32,000 nt of DNA from Synechococcus elongatus PCC 6301 (GCF_000010065.1 NC_006576.1:780001-812000), one strand, 5' to 3'. Counted from the stretch's first letter, positions 8,689-17,029 are shown. Translations and numbers: made by a program. The notes: a model not told the origin generated them from the letters alone.

Positions 8689-9701
8689 GCGATGCTGCGA
8701 TTGCCCAAGATTTGGCTGCTCTCGCGGCTCAACTCCAAACCTTGGCAGGCTTGCAGGGCAAGCGCGATATTCAAGCAGCAGCAGCGAGTTTGCCCCATCG
8801 GCCCTTTCCCAAATTGGGACTAGCAGCAGCCTTGGGTGATGATGCGGCTCTGTTACCTGCGACTGCTAACCGCTTACTCTTCGCTTGCGAAGGAATTCAT
8901 CCCGACTTAGTGGCAGAAGATCCTTGGTTTGCTGGCTGGAGTGGTGTGCTGGTGAACCTCAGTGACATTGCCGCCATGGGTGGTCGTCCGATCGCGGTGG
9001 TCAATAGTCCCTGGAGCCGCGATCGCCAGCATGCTGATCAGGTGTTCGCCGGTCTTCAGTTTGCCGCCGAGAAATTTGGTATCCCGATCGTCGGGGGGCA
9101 CTCCAACCTCCAAAGCCCCTACAGCGCCCTGTCCGTGGCAGTCCTAGGTCAAGTGGGTCCCCACGTCCTCTCAGCGCGATCGGCCCAAGCCGGCGATCGT
9201 TGCTACCTGTTGATCAACCGTGACGGCCAGTTCTATCGCCACTATCCCTTTTGGGATGCCGCCACAGGGACAGCGCCGGAACAGCTGCGTCGCCACTGGG
9301 AACTGATGGCGCAGTTAGCCGATGCTGGCTTGGTTTCAGCGGCTAAGGATGTCAGTATGGGCGGCTTGATTGGTACCGCCGTGATGTTCGCCGAAACCAG
9401 CGGTGCGGGGCTTGATCTCCACCTCGATCGCCTCAGCTATCCAGCCGGAGTTAGTCGCGATCGCTGGTTGACCTGTTTTCCTAGCTTTGGCTTCCTCCTT
9501 GCCGTCCCTGAAGCTTGCTGCGATCGCTTCCTACAACGAGTCGCGACAGAACCAGATCTAACCTGTGATCACCTGGGTTCTTTCACTAACACGGGTCAAG
9601 TGCGCCTCTGCGATCGCCAAGCTCAAGTCTGTTTTTGGGACTGTCAAGAGCAGTCCTTGATGGGCTTTTCAGCGCTGACTGATCCTGAATCGCCACACTG
9701 A
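8685..9701 (+). CDS. AIR synthase (PurM/ThiL)-like ATP-binding protein (Sll0787-type)
   Basis: ATGA start/stop overlap with the GNAT gene. GDDAALLP and DIAAMGG motifs of the PurM superfamily are present. Confidence 0.82.
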   Translation: MSDAAIAQDLAALAAQLQTLAGLQGKRDIQAAAASLPHRPFPKLGLAAALGDDAALLPATANRLLFACEGIHPDLVAEDPWFAGWSGVLVNLSDIAAMGGRPIAVVNSPWSRDRQHADQVFAGLQFAAEKFGIPIVGGHSNLQSPYSALSVAVLGQVGPHVLSARSAQAGDRCYLLINRDGQFYRHYPFWDAATGTAPEQLRRHWELMAQLADAGLVSAAKDVSMGGLIGTAVMFAETSGAGLDLHLDRLSYPAGVSRDRWLTCFPSFGFLLAVPEACCDRFLQRVATEPDLTCDHLGSFTNTGQVRLCDRQAQVCFWDCQEQSLMGFSALTDPESPH

Positions 9702-9917
9702 ACAACACCCGCTCAGCTACCGATCTTTGGGAAGGGAGCGATCGCATTGCAAGTTAGGACATTGAGATTCGAACGACTCAGCCTCAAACCCGTAGCAATC
9801 GTGATTGAGTCCCTCGGTCTCACAAGAAATCTGGTTGCGGTAGGGCTGGAGGGATTCGATACCCAGCAATCTCAGAAATGGTCCTAATTTGCTTGCAGCC
9901 TACTTGATGCAATGGCT

Positions 9918-9961
9918 AAAAAAACTCCCCCGCCTGGTTCGCGCTGCCATCCGACGGGGGA
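9918..9961 (-). terminator. Intrinsic terminator-like hairpin followed by T7 (read on the minus strand), downstream of ruvB
   Basis: On the plus strand an A7 run (9918-9924) precedes TCCCCCG (9926-9932), which pairs with CGGGGGA (9955-9961); inner TGG/CCA pairs extend the stem. It lies about 118 nt past the ruvB stop. Confidence 0.5.
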
Positions 9962-10078
9962 CTCCCCTTTGTCCCTGGTGGAGGACCTTATGGGAGATTT
10001 CTACCTTCAGTTTGGCGCAGTTAGAGGGCACTGATCCCGAAGCGCAATTTAAATTCATGGGAGCGATCGCCCCCACTT

Positions 10079-11206
10079 TCATGTCTCCGGTTCAGTCAGC
10101 AGTTGCTGCAAAGTCAGCTGCCCACTCGCTTGTGGTGGCTCGTAACCCAAATGTCGCCAAGCTGCTGGCGTAGCCACTCGACCGGGAGGAGTTCGCTGCA
10201 AATAACCAATCTGGAGCAGATAGGGCTCGTAGACTTCCTCCACCGTCTGAGCATCCTCGCCGGTAGCCGCTGCTAAAGTCTCCAACCCGACCGGACCGCC
10301 GCCAAAGTTCTCGATCAAGTGGGACAATAGGCGGCGATCGGTCCAGTCTAGTCCGCAGGGATCAACGTTATAGAGCTCCAAAGCAGTGGCCGCGATCGCC
10401 CCGGTAATTGGCCCTGGTGCTTTGACAGCCGCATAGTCGCGCACCCGTCGTAGCAGGCGATTAGCAATTCGTGGGGTACCCCGCGATCGCTTAGCAATTT
10501 CCTCAGCTCCAGCCTGATCGAGCGGTGTATTCAGCAGACGCGCTGTGCGCTGGACAATATCCGTCAAAGCTTCGACCTCGTAAAAACGCAGCCGTTGCAC
10601 CAGACCAAAGCGATCGCGCAAGGGTGAGGTCAGAGCTCCAATCTGGGTGGTCGCGCCCACGAGGGTGAAAGGGTGCAACGTAATACTGGGGGTGCGGGCA
10701 CTCTGGCCCTTGCCGATGGTGATGTCGAGCCGAAAGTCCTCCATTGCTGGATAGAGAATTTCCTCCGTGACCTTGGGCAGACGATGAATTTCGTCGATGA
10801 ACAGCACATCACCCGGCTGCAGATTGACCAGCAAACCAACGATATCGCGGGGGCGTTCCAGCGCTGGTGCCGTGGTGATCCGACATTGCACGCCCATTTC
10901 CGTAGCCAGCACCAAGGCCATTGTCGTTTTACCTAAGCCTGGCGGCCCGTAGAGCAGCAAATGATCGAGGCTTTCTTGACGACTTTTGGCCGCTGCGATC
11001 GCAATTCCTAGCACATCCTTCAGCTCTGGCTGACCGATGTAATCCGCGAGTCGTTGCGGGCGGATTTGGTCTTCCGGTCGCTGACTCTCTTCGGGAGCAG
11101 CCTGCGGGCGAACCAGAGAATCCTGTGGTTCAGAAACAGAGGGCTTCGTTTTAGCCTGCGATCGCCGCTCGGCTGGGTCGGGAGATTTCGAAGAAACAAT
11201 CGCCAT
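10079..11206 (-). CDS. ruvB: Holliday junction branch migration DNA helicase RuvB
   Basis: [11 protein letters not shown], Walker [10 protein letters not shown], Walker [10 protein letters not shown], and the C-terminal winged-helix region are all typical of RuvB. The N-terminal extension is low complexity. Confidence 0.95.
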
Positions 11207-11528
11207 AGCGCCCGCTTGCGCGTCGTCGCTATCCTATCGCCTACTGGGTTGAAGACTCTATTCCTGACCCGCTTCTCCAGCCTAGGGCGATCGCCTCGGC
11301 AACATCAAACTAGCCAAGAAAAGAAAAAGCGGCCAAGAGCGACCGCAGCAATTATTCAACTAAGGCCCCAATGCAAACTAGGCAATAGGTCTCTGTTCAG
11401 CATGCCCTGCCCTAGAGCGATCGCGGGGCAATCCTCAACATTGCCTGATGAACTGATCCAAGACTTCACATTATGGTTGCGCAGAATATGGAACCTCCAG
11501 CAATCCCTTGGTCTGAAGACTGGTCAAT

Positions 11529-11558
11529 AAAAAAGGGTGAATGGTTTCACCCCTTTTT
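11529..11558. terminator. Bidirectional intrinsic terminator (A6-GGGTGAA-TGGT-TTCACCC-C-T5)
   Basis: A 7-bp GC-containing stem with a 4-nt loop is flanked by an A-run and a T-run. It lies 74 nt downstream of the 11632 stop on the minus strand. Confidence 0.7.
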
Positions 11559-11631
11559 GGCTCAATCGATGGTTTGTTTGATGCCCTGACCAAGCGATAG
11601 CTTTCGATCAGGGACGGTTAGTTCTCAGGAT

Positions 11632-12291
11632 TTACCAAAGACCTCGAACGGGTGCAGGGCTCTCTTGAAGCGGCAGGGGCTCCTGTTGAGCAAAGTCGCG
11701 GTTAGAGAGCGTATTGGGATTTTGGGCAATCATCCAATCGATGCTGGTTTTTTGCATCGCTAGCTGCTGGTTGGTGTCTAGGAAAGCCAGCGCATCAGGA
11801 ATAAACTTAGCGTCGGCTGCAAACAAGGCGCCCAAGTTAATCCGAGCATCTGTCGGATAGTTTTGGATGATTTCCAGCGGGGTCGTGCGGTTGTCATCCG
11901 CCAAGGAAAGGATAATGGCACTCCGCAGTGCTTGACGACCATCTGCACCGGCTGTTCGAGGAGCCATAACCATGCCGATTTGGTCCAACAGTTTTTCGCC
12001 AGAAGCACTGTTCAGCAAGTAATCGGCTTCAACCATTTTGTAGTTGATCGGCCGATTCAGAAAATCGCGGACCGTTTGGAACTGAGTGTGCGTGATATCG
12101 ACTGCGTCGAGGGTAAAGCCTTGGACTTGATCTTGCTTCGCCATGGCTTGCAGGTCGCCAATCGTCACCGATCGCGCCCAAGCGCCATTAATGAGGGTGA
12201 CATTGTTCGCTGCCTGAGCAGACGTTGGCATGAACAAGGCCGCAGCGGTTGCAGTTGCGAAAGCACCCAAAAGCAGTGTTTTCATGATCAC
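11632..12291 (-). CDS. Secreted DUF1400-like protein
   Basis: Signal peptide MIMKTLLLGAFATATAAALFMPTSAQA. The body (GEKLLDQIG..., GRQALRSAIILSLADD..., TPLEIIQNYPT) resembles the cyanobacterial DUF1400 domain as I recall it. Confidence 0.6.
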   Translation of the reverse strand: MIMKTLLLGAFATATAAALFMPTSAQAANNVTLINGAWARSVTIGDLQAMAKQDQVQGFTLDAVDITHTQFQTVRDFLNRPINYKMVEADYLLNSASGEKLLDQIGMVMAPRTAGADGRQALRSAIILSLADDNRTTPLEIIQNYPTDARINLGALFAADAKFIPDALAFLDTNQQLAMQKTSIDWMIAQNPNTLSNRDFAQQEPLPLQESPAPVRGLW

Positions 12292-12507
12292 GAAGTCCTT
12301 AACAGCGAGGAGTAGAAAACGAGGAACAAGCGCAGGAAGGAACCGTCATAGATAAGGCTCTTCAGCAGCTCTACTCCTTATCTTCGTTAGAGAGCTTCTG
12401 GGTTTGGCAAAGCGACGATGAAGATTACTTTTCGGGAATTTATTCGCGGTCGGGAATTTTAGTTCCAGTTTAGAAACTGGATTCTTTGGGTTGCCTGGGA
12501 TCGTGGT

Positions 12508-12684
12508 TTAGCGTTGACGCGCTTTCCAAGTCCCGCCATAGCGGTAGTGCGGATTATCTTGACTAACTTGGGCTTGGCAGCCAGGACAGACGAGCTGCCA
12601 GACCCCCTGCGCCTCAACTTGGACCCGATAGCGAACAGTGGCTAGGGCTTGGCAGCGATCGCAGGGTTGAGGAGCGCGGGGCAT
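12508..12684 (-). CDS. Small (58 aa) putative zinc-ribbon protein, not in the supplied ORF track
   Basis: Hand translation gives MPRAPQPCDRCQALATVRYRVQVEAQGVWQLVCPGCQAQVSQDNPHYRYGGTWKARQR. It has an ATG start, a TAA stop and two CxxC pairs, and begins 7 nt after the raf1 stop on the same strand. Confidence 0.5.
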   Translation of the reverse strand: MPRAPQPCDRCQALATVRYRVQVEAQGVWQLVCPGCQAQVSQDNPHYRYGGTWKARQR

Positions 12685-12691
12685 CTATTCT

Positions 12692-13756
12692 TCAAACTGC
12701 CAAGGTGTTGCGATCGCGGGCTTCATCAAGGACGCGCTTCGGTCGCAAAATCAGCACTAGTCGACCAAGGATGGGCGCAGCGATCGCGGAGGGCGACCAC
12801 TGAATCCTTGCCCCTTCGGCCTGCTCGACCAAGAAAAAGTGATCGGCATCCCAGTCCCGATCGGCACGATCCACTACTAAAACAACCGCTTCTGTGGGGC
12901 CTTCTGGTGCGTTGGGCAGGCGATCGATTTGTTCGAGACAGGCGATCGGATCTTCTGCGGTCAGAATTGCTTGCCAACCCGGCAATGCCAGCCACTGTTG
13001 TCCTTGTGGACTGGAGACTAGTCCAAAGGGCCCCTCCGCTTCGACCGCTGCGATCGCTTCAATTTGGCTGCTGCTGAGCGGCAATGTGCCGGCAAACGGG
13101 AGGAGTCGCGGTAGGTCTTCTTCGGTTTCCAGTCGATAGATCGGCAGCATCGGTGGTTTGCGACTGGGCACCCCGCTGAGATCTAGCAGCAATGCTTCGA
13201 TGAGGGCACGAGCCCCCGCCGACTGGGCAAACTGTAAACCCCGGGCAATTAAGCGCGATCGCTCGGTTAGGTCCGTCCGTTCTTGAGCCAAGCGCCAGCA
13301 TTGATGGGCGACTGCGTCGCCGGGGTGGCGGTCAAAGTTTTCGGGTTGCTTGGGCAGTCGGCAAAAGTCCTTCGTGGCCTTAGCAACTTCACGGATTTGG
13401 TCCGCGTCTAACTTGCGCTCTAGGGCGAGTTGAGCACAGAGCGATCGCTGCTCTTGATCCAGCTCGCGCAATTCGTAGAGGAGGTCACTGCCCCATTCTT
13501 GATAGGTCTCGCGAACGTGAGCCGGGGGATCTTGCCGCAGGATTGAGTCATAGACCTGCATGGCGACCGTAATTTGGTTCTGCTGAATCGGCTCAAAGCC
13601 CGTGGCTTCAAATAGGGTTTGGGGATCGAGTCCATTTTTGAGCAAGGTCTGACAAGCTCTTGCCCAAGCCAGCCAGCGTCCTTCTTTGCGTCGGAGTTGC
13701 CCCAACAGTTCCTGACGTTCTTCCTCGCTGAGAGTTGTGGGGGTGAACTCACGCAT
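12692..13756 (-). CDS. raf1: RuBisCO accumulation factor 1
   Basis: The N-terminus (LSEEERQELLGQLRRKEGRWLAWARACQTLLKNGLDPQTLFEATGFEPIQQNQITVAMQVY) matches cyanobacterial Raf1 as recalled. The track ORF starts at TTG 13777; the first ATG is at 13756. Confidence 0.82.
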   Translation of the reverse strand: MREFTPTTLSEEERQELLGQLRRKEGRWLAWARACQTLLKNGLDPQTLFEATGFEPIQQNQITVAMQVYDSILRQDPPAHVRETYQEWGSDLLYELRELDQEQRSLCAQLALERKLDADQIREVAKATKDFCRLPKQPENFDRHPGDAVAHQCWRLAQERTDLTERSRLIARGLQFAQSAGARALIEALLLDLSGVPSRKPPMLPIYRLETEEDLPRLLPFAGTLPLSSSQIEAIAAVEAEGPFGLVSSPQGQQWLALPGWQAILTAEDPIACLEQIDRLPNAPEGPTEAVVLVVDRADRDWDADHFFLVEQAEGARIQWSPSAIAAPILGRLVLILRPKRVLDEARDRNTLAV

Positions 13757-13869
13757 CGCAAGAGCATTCACAAACAAGACGGATAAATATCAGCATAAAC
13801 AAAGATGACCTTGCTGCACCAGAACCAGGCAAGGAGAGCTGAAAATAGTTATAGCCAGAGATCGGGAGC

Positions 13870-14100
13870 TCAACTTTAATGTTTGATGCTCGGCAGTTCT
13901 TCGCAGCCAAAAGAAAAGGCAAAACCAGTAAAGTTCAGATTGTTAATCTCTAAAAGCATCATTAATACAACAACATCATCATTAATAGAACTTTTAAAGT
14001 CTGACAAAAGTAATAATATTGCCTCAAAATCCAGACTAAATATTTTAATTGAAAACACATAAAAATTGAGAGTCATTGATGTTGTTCTCAAAATTTTCCA
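13870..14100. other. AT-rich orphan segment, roughly a quarter to a third GC by eye versus mid-50s around it
   Basis: I counted 15 G+C in 13981-14040 (25 percent). The only ORF is 13876..14091(-), 71 aa, Ile/Leu/Phe/Asn-rich with no recognisable similarity. There are no HIP1 sites. Confidence 0.6.
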
Positions 14101-14216
14101 TGCTGCATTGAGAAGCCATTACAGAGGAAAGGTGATGAGGGTGGCCTTAGAGGGATGGGTTGGCTGCAATAGGAGATGTTGCCTGTGCTGCAGCCATGGT
14201 TTGTCAACCCTAGCCC

Positions 14217-14703
14217 AGTGATTTGACCGAGGCAGAATGAACCTTGCTCGAACCGATCTTGCCGTCGGCAAATCCCCTTGGCTCTCCGCGCACGGTGGAA
14301 ATCCGAGAAGTCGTCAATGTCTGGATGTACATCGCGGAGAACGGCATCCAGTGGAGATCTCTACTTCATGACTTTCCAGCGTGGCAAACCGTCTATGGCG
14401 ACTTCTTCCGCTGGCGGCGCTTAGAGATCGGGGAACAGGCTAATCACACCCTGAGTCGCCAAGTGTGACTGGAACTCGGACGGGAGGGAGCACTGTGTTT
14501 GGGATTGATGGATAGCCAGTCTGGATCTAACAAAACGGTTGAGCCAAGGATTCAGCGTTGAGCCCAAGCGCTGGCTGATCGAGTGAACCTTTACTGGGCT
14601 CGACAATGCGCGGCGACTCTGCCGTGATTATGAAGAGCTCCCCGAACACCATGAGTGTTTCATCTACTTGGTAATGCGTCGCCTGCTGCTGAGAAAACTC
14701 ACC
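14217..14703 (+). pseudogene. Decayed, internally deleted IS5-family (DUF4096 + DDE_Tnp_1 type) transposase
   Basis: N-terminal similarity: SDLTEAE*TLLEPILP...PRTVEIREVVN...IQWRSLLHDFPAWQTVYGDFFRWRR. Then LMDSQS. Then, in a different frame, KRWLIE*TFTGLDNARRLCRDYEELPEHHECFIYLVMRRLLLRKLT. There are in-frame TGA codons at 14238 and 14466 and another inside the C-terminal block. The DDE core between the two blocks is missing. Confidence 0.72.
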
Positions 14704-14862
14704 CTCAATCGACGCTGCCGCCCATCTCCCCGAAAACAGCTTCTTAATTGCTTTAGTCGCTCTTGGCTGCCTTTTTTTAGTTAGTTTGAGGGTGCCTAGG
14801 CGATCGCCCTAGGCTTAATTCCATACATTTCCGCCTCACACCACTCACGGGGTCGAATCTTA

Positions 14863-15519
14863 ATGCTGCCGACTTTTCAACCTTCAGCCCGCATTGGAGC
14901 AGCCGTTAGCCTTGCAGCGCAGCTTCATGCCGATCAAGTACGCAAAGGCACCAGCATTCCCTATCTAGCGCATCTACTCGCCGTCGCCAGCTTGGTGATG
15001 GAGCATGGCGGCGATGAAGATCAGACGATTGCCGCTCTTTTGCACGATGCCATCGAAGATACTGGCCCCGAATCAGAAGCTTTGATTCGTGAGCAGTTTG
15101 GCGATCGCGTAACTGCCATTGTTTGGGGTTGCACCGACGGCGTACCTGATGCAGCAGGTCAAAAGCCAGACTGGCGCGATCGCAAACAGCAATACCTGCA
15201 GCATTTAGCCACCGTTGCTCCAGATATCCTGCTCGTCTCGGCCTGCGACAAGCTCCACAATGCGCGATCGATTTTGATCGACTTGCAGAACCATGGGCTA
15301 GTACTGTTCGACCGATTCAAGGCTGGACAAGCTGGCACAATCTGGTATTACCAGCAGCTCGCTACTTGCTTCCAAGCGCGGCTGCCGGGGCCGCTCAGCC
15401 AGCAACTCAGCCAGACCGTTGAAGCCATCCAGCAAACGGCGAAGCAGCTTGAAAGTCTGGTTCGATTGATCCCAGTAGCTTGTTCAAAGGCTCAATACAC
15501 CGACATCACAGCCTGCTGA
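14863..15519 (+). CDS. Standalone RelA/SpoT-type HD hydrolase domain protein (small alarmone hydrolase-like)
   Basis: HADQVRKGTSIPYLAHLLAVA, LLHDAIEDT and ACDKLHNARS correspond to the conserved (p)ppGpp hydrolase-domain motifs. At 218 aa it has no synthetase domain. Confidence 0.78.
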   Translation: MLPTFQPSARIGAAVSLAAQLHADQVRKGTSIPYLAHLLAVASLVMEHGGDEDQTIAALLHDAIEDTGPESEALIREQFGDRVTAIVWGCTDGVPDAAGQKPDWRDRKQQYLQHLATVAPDILLVSACDKLHNARSILIDLQNHGLVLFDRFKAGQAGTIWYYQQLATCFQARLPGPLSQQLSQTVEAIQQTAKQLESLVRLIPVACSKAQYTDITAC

Positions 15520-15537
15520 GTGCATCTCACGCTAAAA

Positions 15538-16926
15538 CTAAAACTCGGCGTTTTGGGGCGTGCGGGGAAAGGGAATCACATCGCGGATGTTGCCCATGCC
15601 TGTGATGAATTGCACCAGTCGCTCAAAGCCTAGGCCAAATCCGGCATGGGGAACACTGCCGTAGCGCCACAGATCCAAGTACCACCAGTAGTTCTCCTCG
15701 GGCAGATTCGCTTCAGCAAGACGCTGCTTTAGGACACCGAGCCGTTCTTCCCGCTGAGAACCGCCGATGATTTCACCGATGCCAGGTGCCAGCACGTCCA
15801 TTGCAGCCACTGTTTTTTGATCGTCGTTGAGCCGCATATAAAGGGCTTTGATTTCGCGCGGGTAATCATAGACGATCAACGGCTTGCGGAAATACTCCTC
15901 AGCCAAGTAGCGCTCATGTTCTGATTGCAGGTCAATGCCCCAAGCCACGGGATAGTCGAAGCTGCGATCAGCTTTTTCGAGGAGAGCGATCGCATCGGTA
16001 TAGCTAACGCGCTCAAAGTCGTTATTGAGGATCGTCTCAGCGCGGTTTAGCACCTCCGAATCAATGCGCTGATTGAAGAACTCTAGATCCTCGCTGCAGC
16101 GATCGCTGACTCGCTGGAAGACAAATTTCAAGAAGGCTTCGGCCAAGTCCATGTCGCCGCCAAGATCGCAAAAAGCCGTCTCCGGCTCGACCATCCAAAA
16201 CTCTGCCAAGTGACGGGAGGTATTGGAGTTCTCAGCGCGAAAAGTCGGGCCAAAGGTGTAGACGTTGCTGAACCCCAGCCCCATAATCTCGGCTTCGAGC
16301 TGGCCGCTGACGGTTAAATAGGCACGTTTGCCAAAAAAGTCCTGTTCAAAATCTGGTGCTTGCTGTGACTGCCCTAGCTTGTCGAGATCGAGATTGGTGA
16401 CCGTGAACAGTTCACCTGCGCCTTCGCAGTCACTCGCCGTGATAATCGGCGTATGCACCCAGAGGAAGCCGCGCTCTTGGAAGAAGTCATGAATCGCAGT
16501 TGCCGCAGCATTGCGAACCCGCATCACCGCTCCGAGGGAATTGGTTCGTGGCCGCAGGTGAGCGATCGTGCGCAGAAATTCGAACGAATGGCGTTTTTTC
16601 TGGAGCGGATATTGCTCAGGATCAGCACCACCAACAATTTCAACCGAAGCTGCCTGCAGTTCAACGCGCTGACCTTTAGCGGGCGACGCCACCAACTGTC
16701 CTTCAACAGCGATCGCAGCACCCGTATCTAACTGCTTGGCAAGCATCTCATAGTCAGCCAGCTCCTGCCCCAGAACGACCTGGATGCCCTTGAGGCAAGA
16801 CCCGTCGTTGACTTCGACGAAGGTGAACTCCTTCAGTTGCCGAGCAGTGCGAATCCACCCCCGCACCACAACGGTTTGGCCAGGTTGACCCTGGCTAAGG
16901 AGATCCACAATTCGCGCTGAAGCCAT
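15538..16926 (-). CDS. asnS: Asparagine--tRNA ligase
   Basis: N-terminal OB fold ([25 protein letters not shown]). Class IIb motifs [21 protein letters not shown] and [11 protein letters not shown]-terminal PFPRTP. Confidence 0.94.
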   Translation of the reverse strand: MASARIVDLLSQGQPGQTVVVRGWIRTARQLKEFTFVEVNDGSCLKGIQVVLGQELADYEMLAKQLDTGAAIAVEGQLVASPAKGQRVELQAASVEIVGGADPEQYPLQKKRHSFEFLRTIAHLRPRTNSLGAVMRVRNAAATAIHDFFQERGFLWVHTPIITASDCEGAGELFTVTNLDLDKLGQSQQAPDFEQDFFGKRAYLTVSGQLEAEIMGLGFSNVYTFGPTFRAENSNTSRHLAEFWMVEPETAFCDLGGDMDLAEAFLKFVFQRVSDRCSEDLEFFNQRIDSEVLNRAETILNNDFERVSYTDAIALLEKADRSFDYPVAWGIDLQSEHERYLAEEYFRKPLIVYDYPREIKALYMRLNDDQKTVAAMDVLAPGIGEIIGGSQREERLGVLKQRLAEANLPEENYWWYLDLWRYGSVPHAGFGLGFERLVQFITGMGNIRDVIPFPRTPQNAEF

Positions 16927-17029
16927 ACGGATGCCGATCGCAAGACAATCTCCATTGAAACCGCAAACCGCAGCGTCTGAAGGTCTGTGAGCGATCGAAT
17001 CAGTAACTCAAGCAAGGCTGACCACGAAG

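Noticed and set aside
9766-9864. tRNA or tmRNA T-arm-like strings GATTCGAAC (9766-9774) and GGGATTCGATACCC (9851-9864).
   Set aside because: On neither strand could I fold an acceptor stem, D-arm or anticodon arm around them. There is no CCA-proximal pairing and no tmRNA tag reading frame.
9889-10173. 94-aa plus-strand ORF, and a 60-aa minus-strand ORF at 9900..10082.
   Set aside because: The first runs into the 3' end of ruvB on the opposite strand. Both cover the terminator hairpin, and neither shows family resemblance.
11054-11530. 158-aa plus-strand ORF spanning the ruvB start region.
   Set aside because: It is antisense to the ruvB N-terminus, has an extremely Arg/Ser/Leu-rich composition, and runs up to the terminator hairpin.
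12465-12482. Hairpin CCAGTTTAGAAACTGG downstream of the small zinc-ribbon ORF, considered as a terminator.
   Set aside because: The stem is short (6 bp, AT-containing) and there is no U-tract on the minus strand, so the evidence is insufficient.
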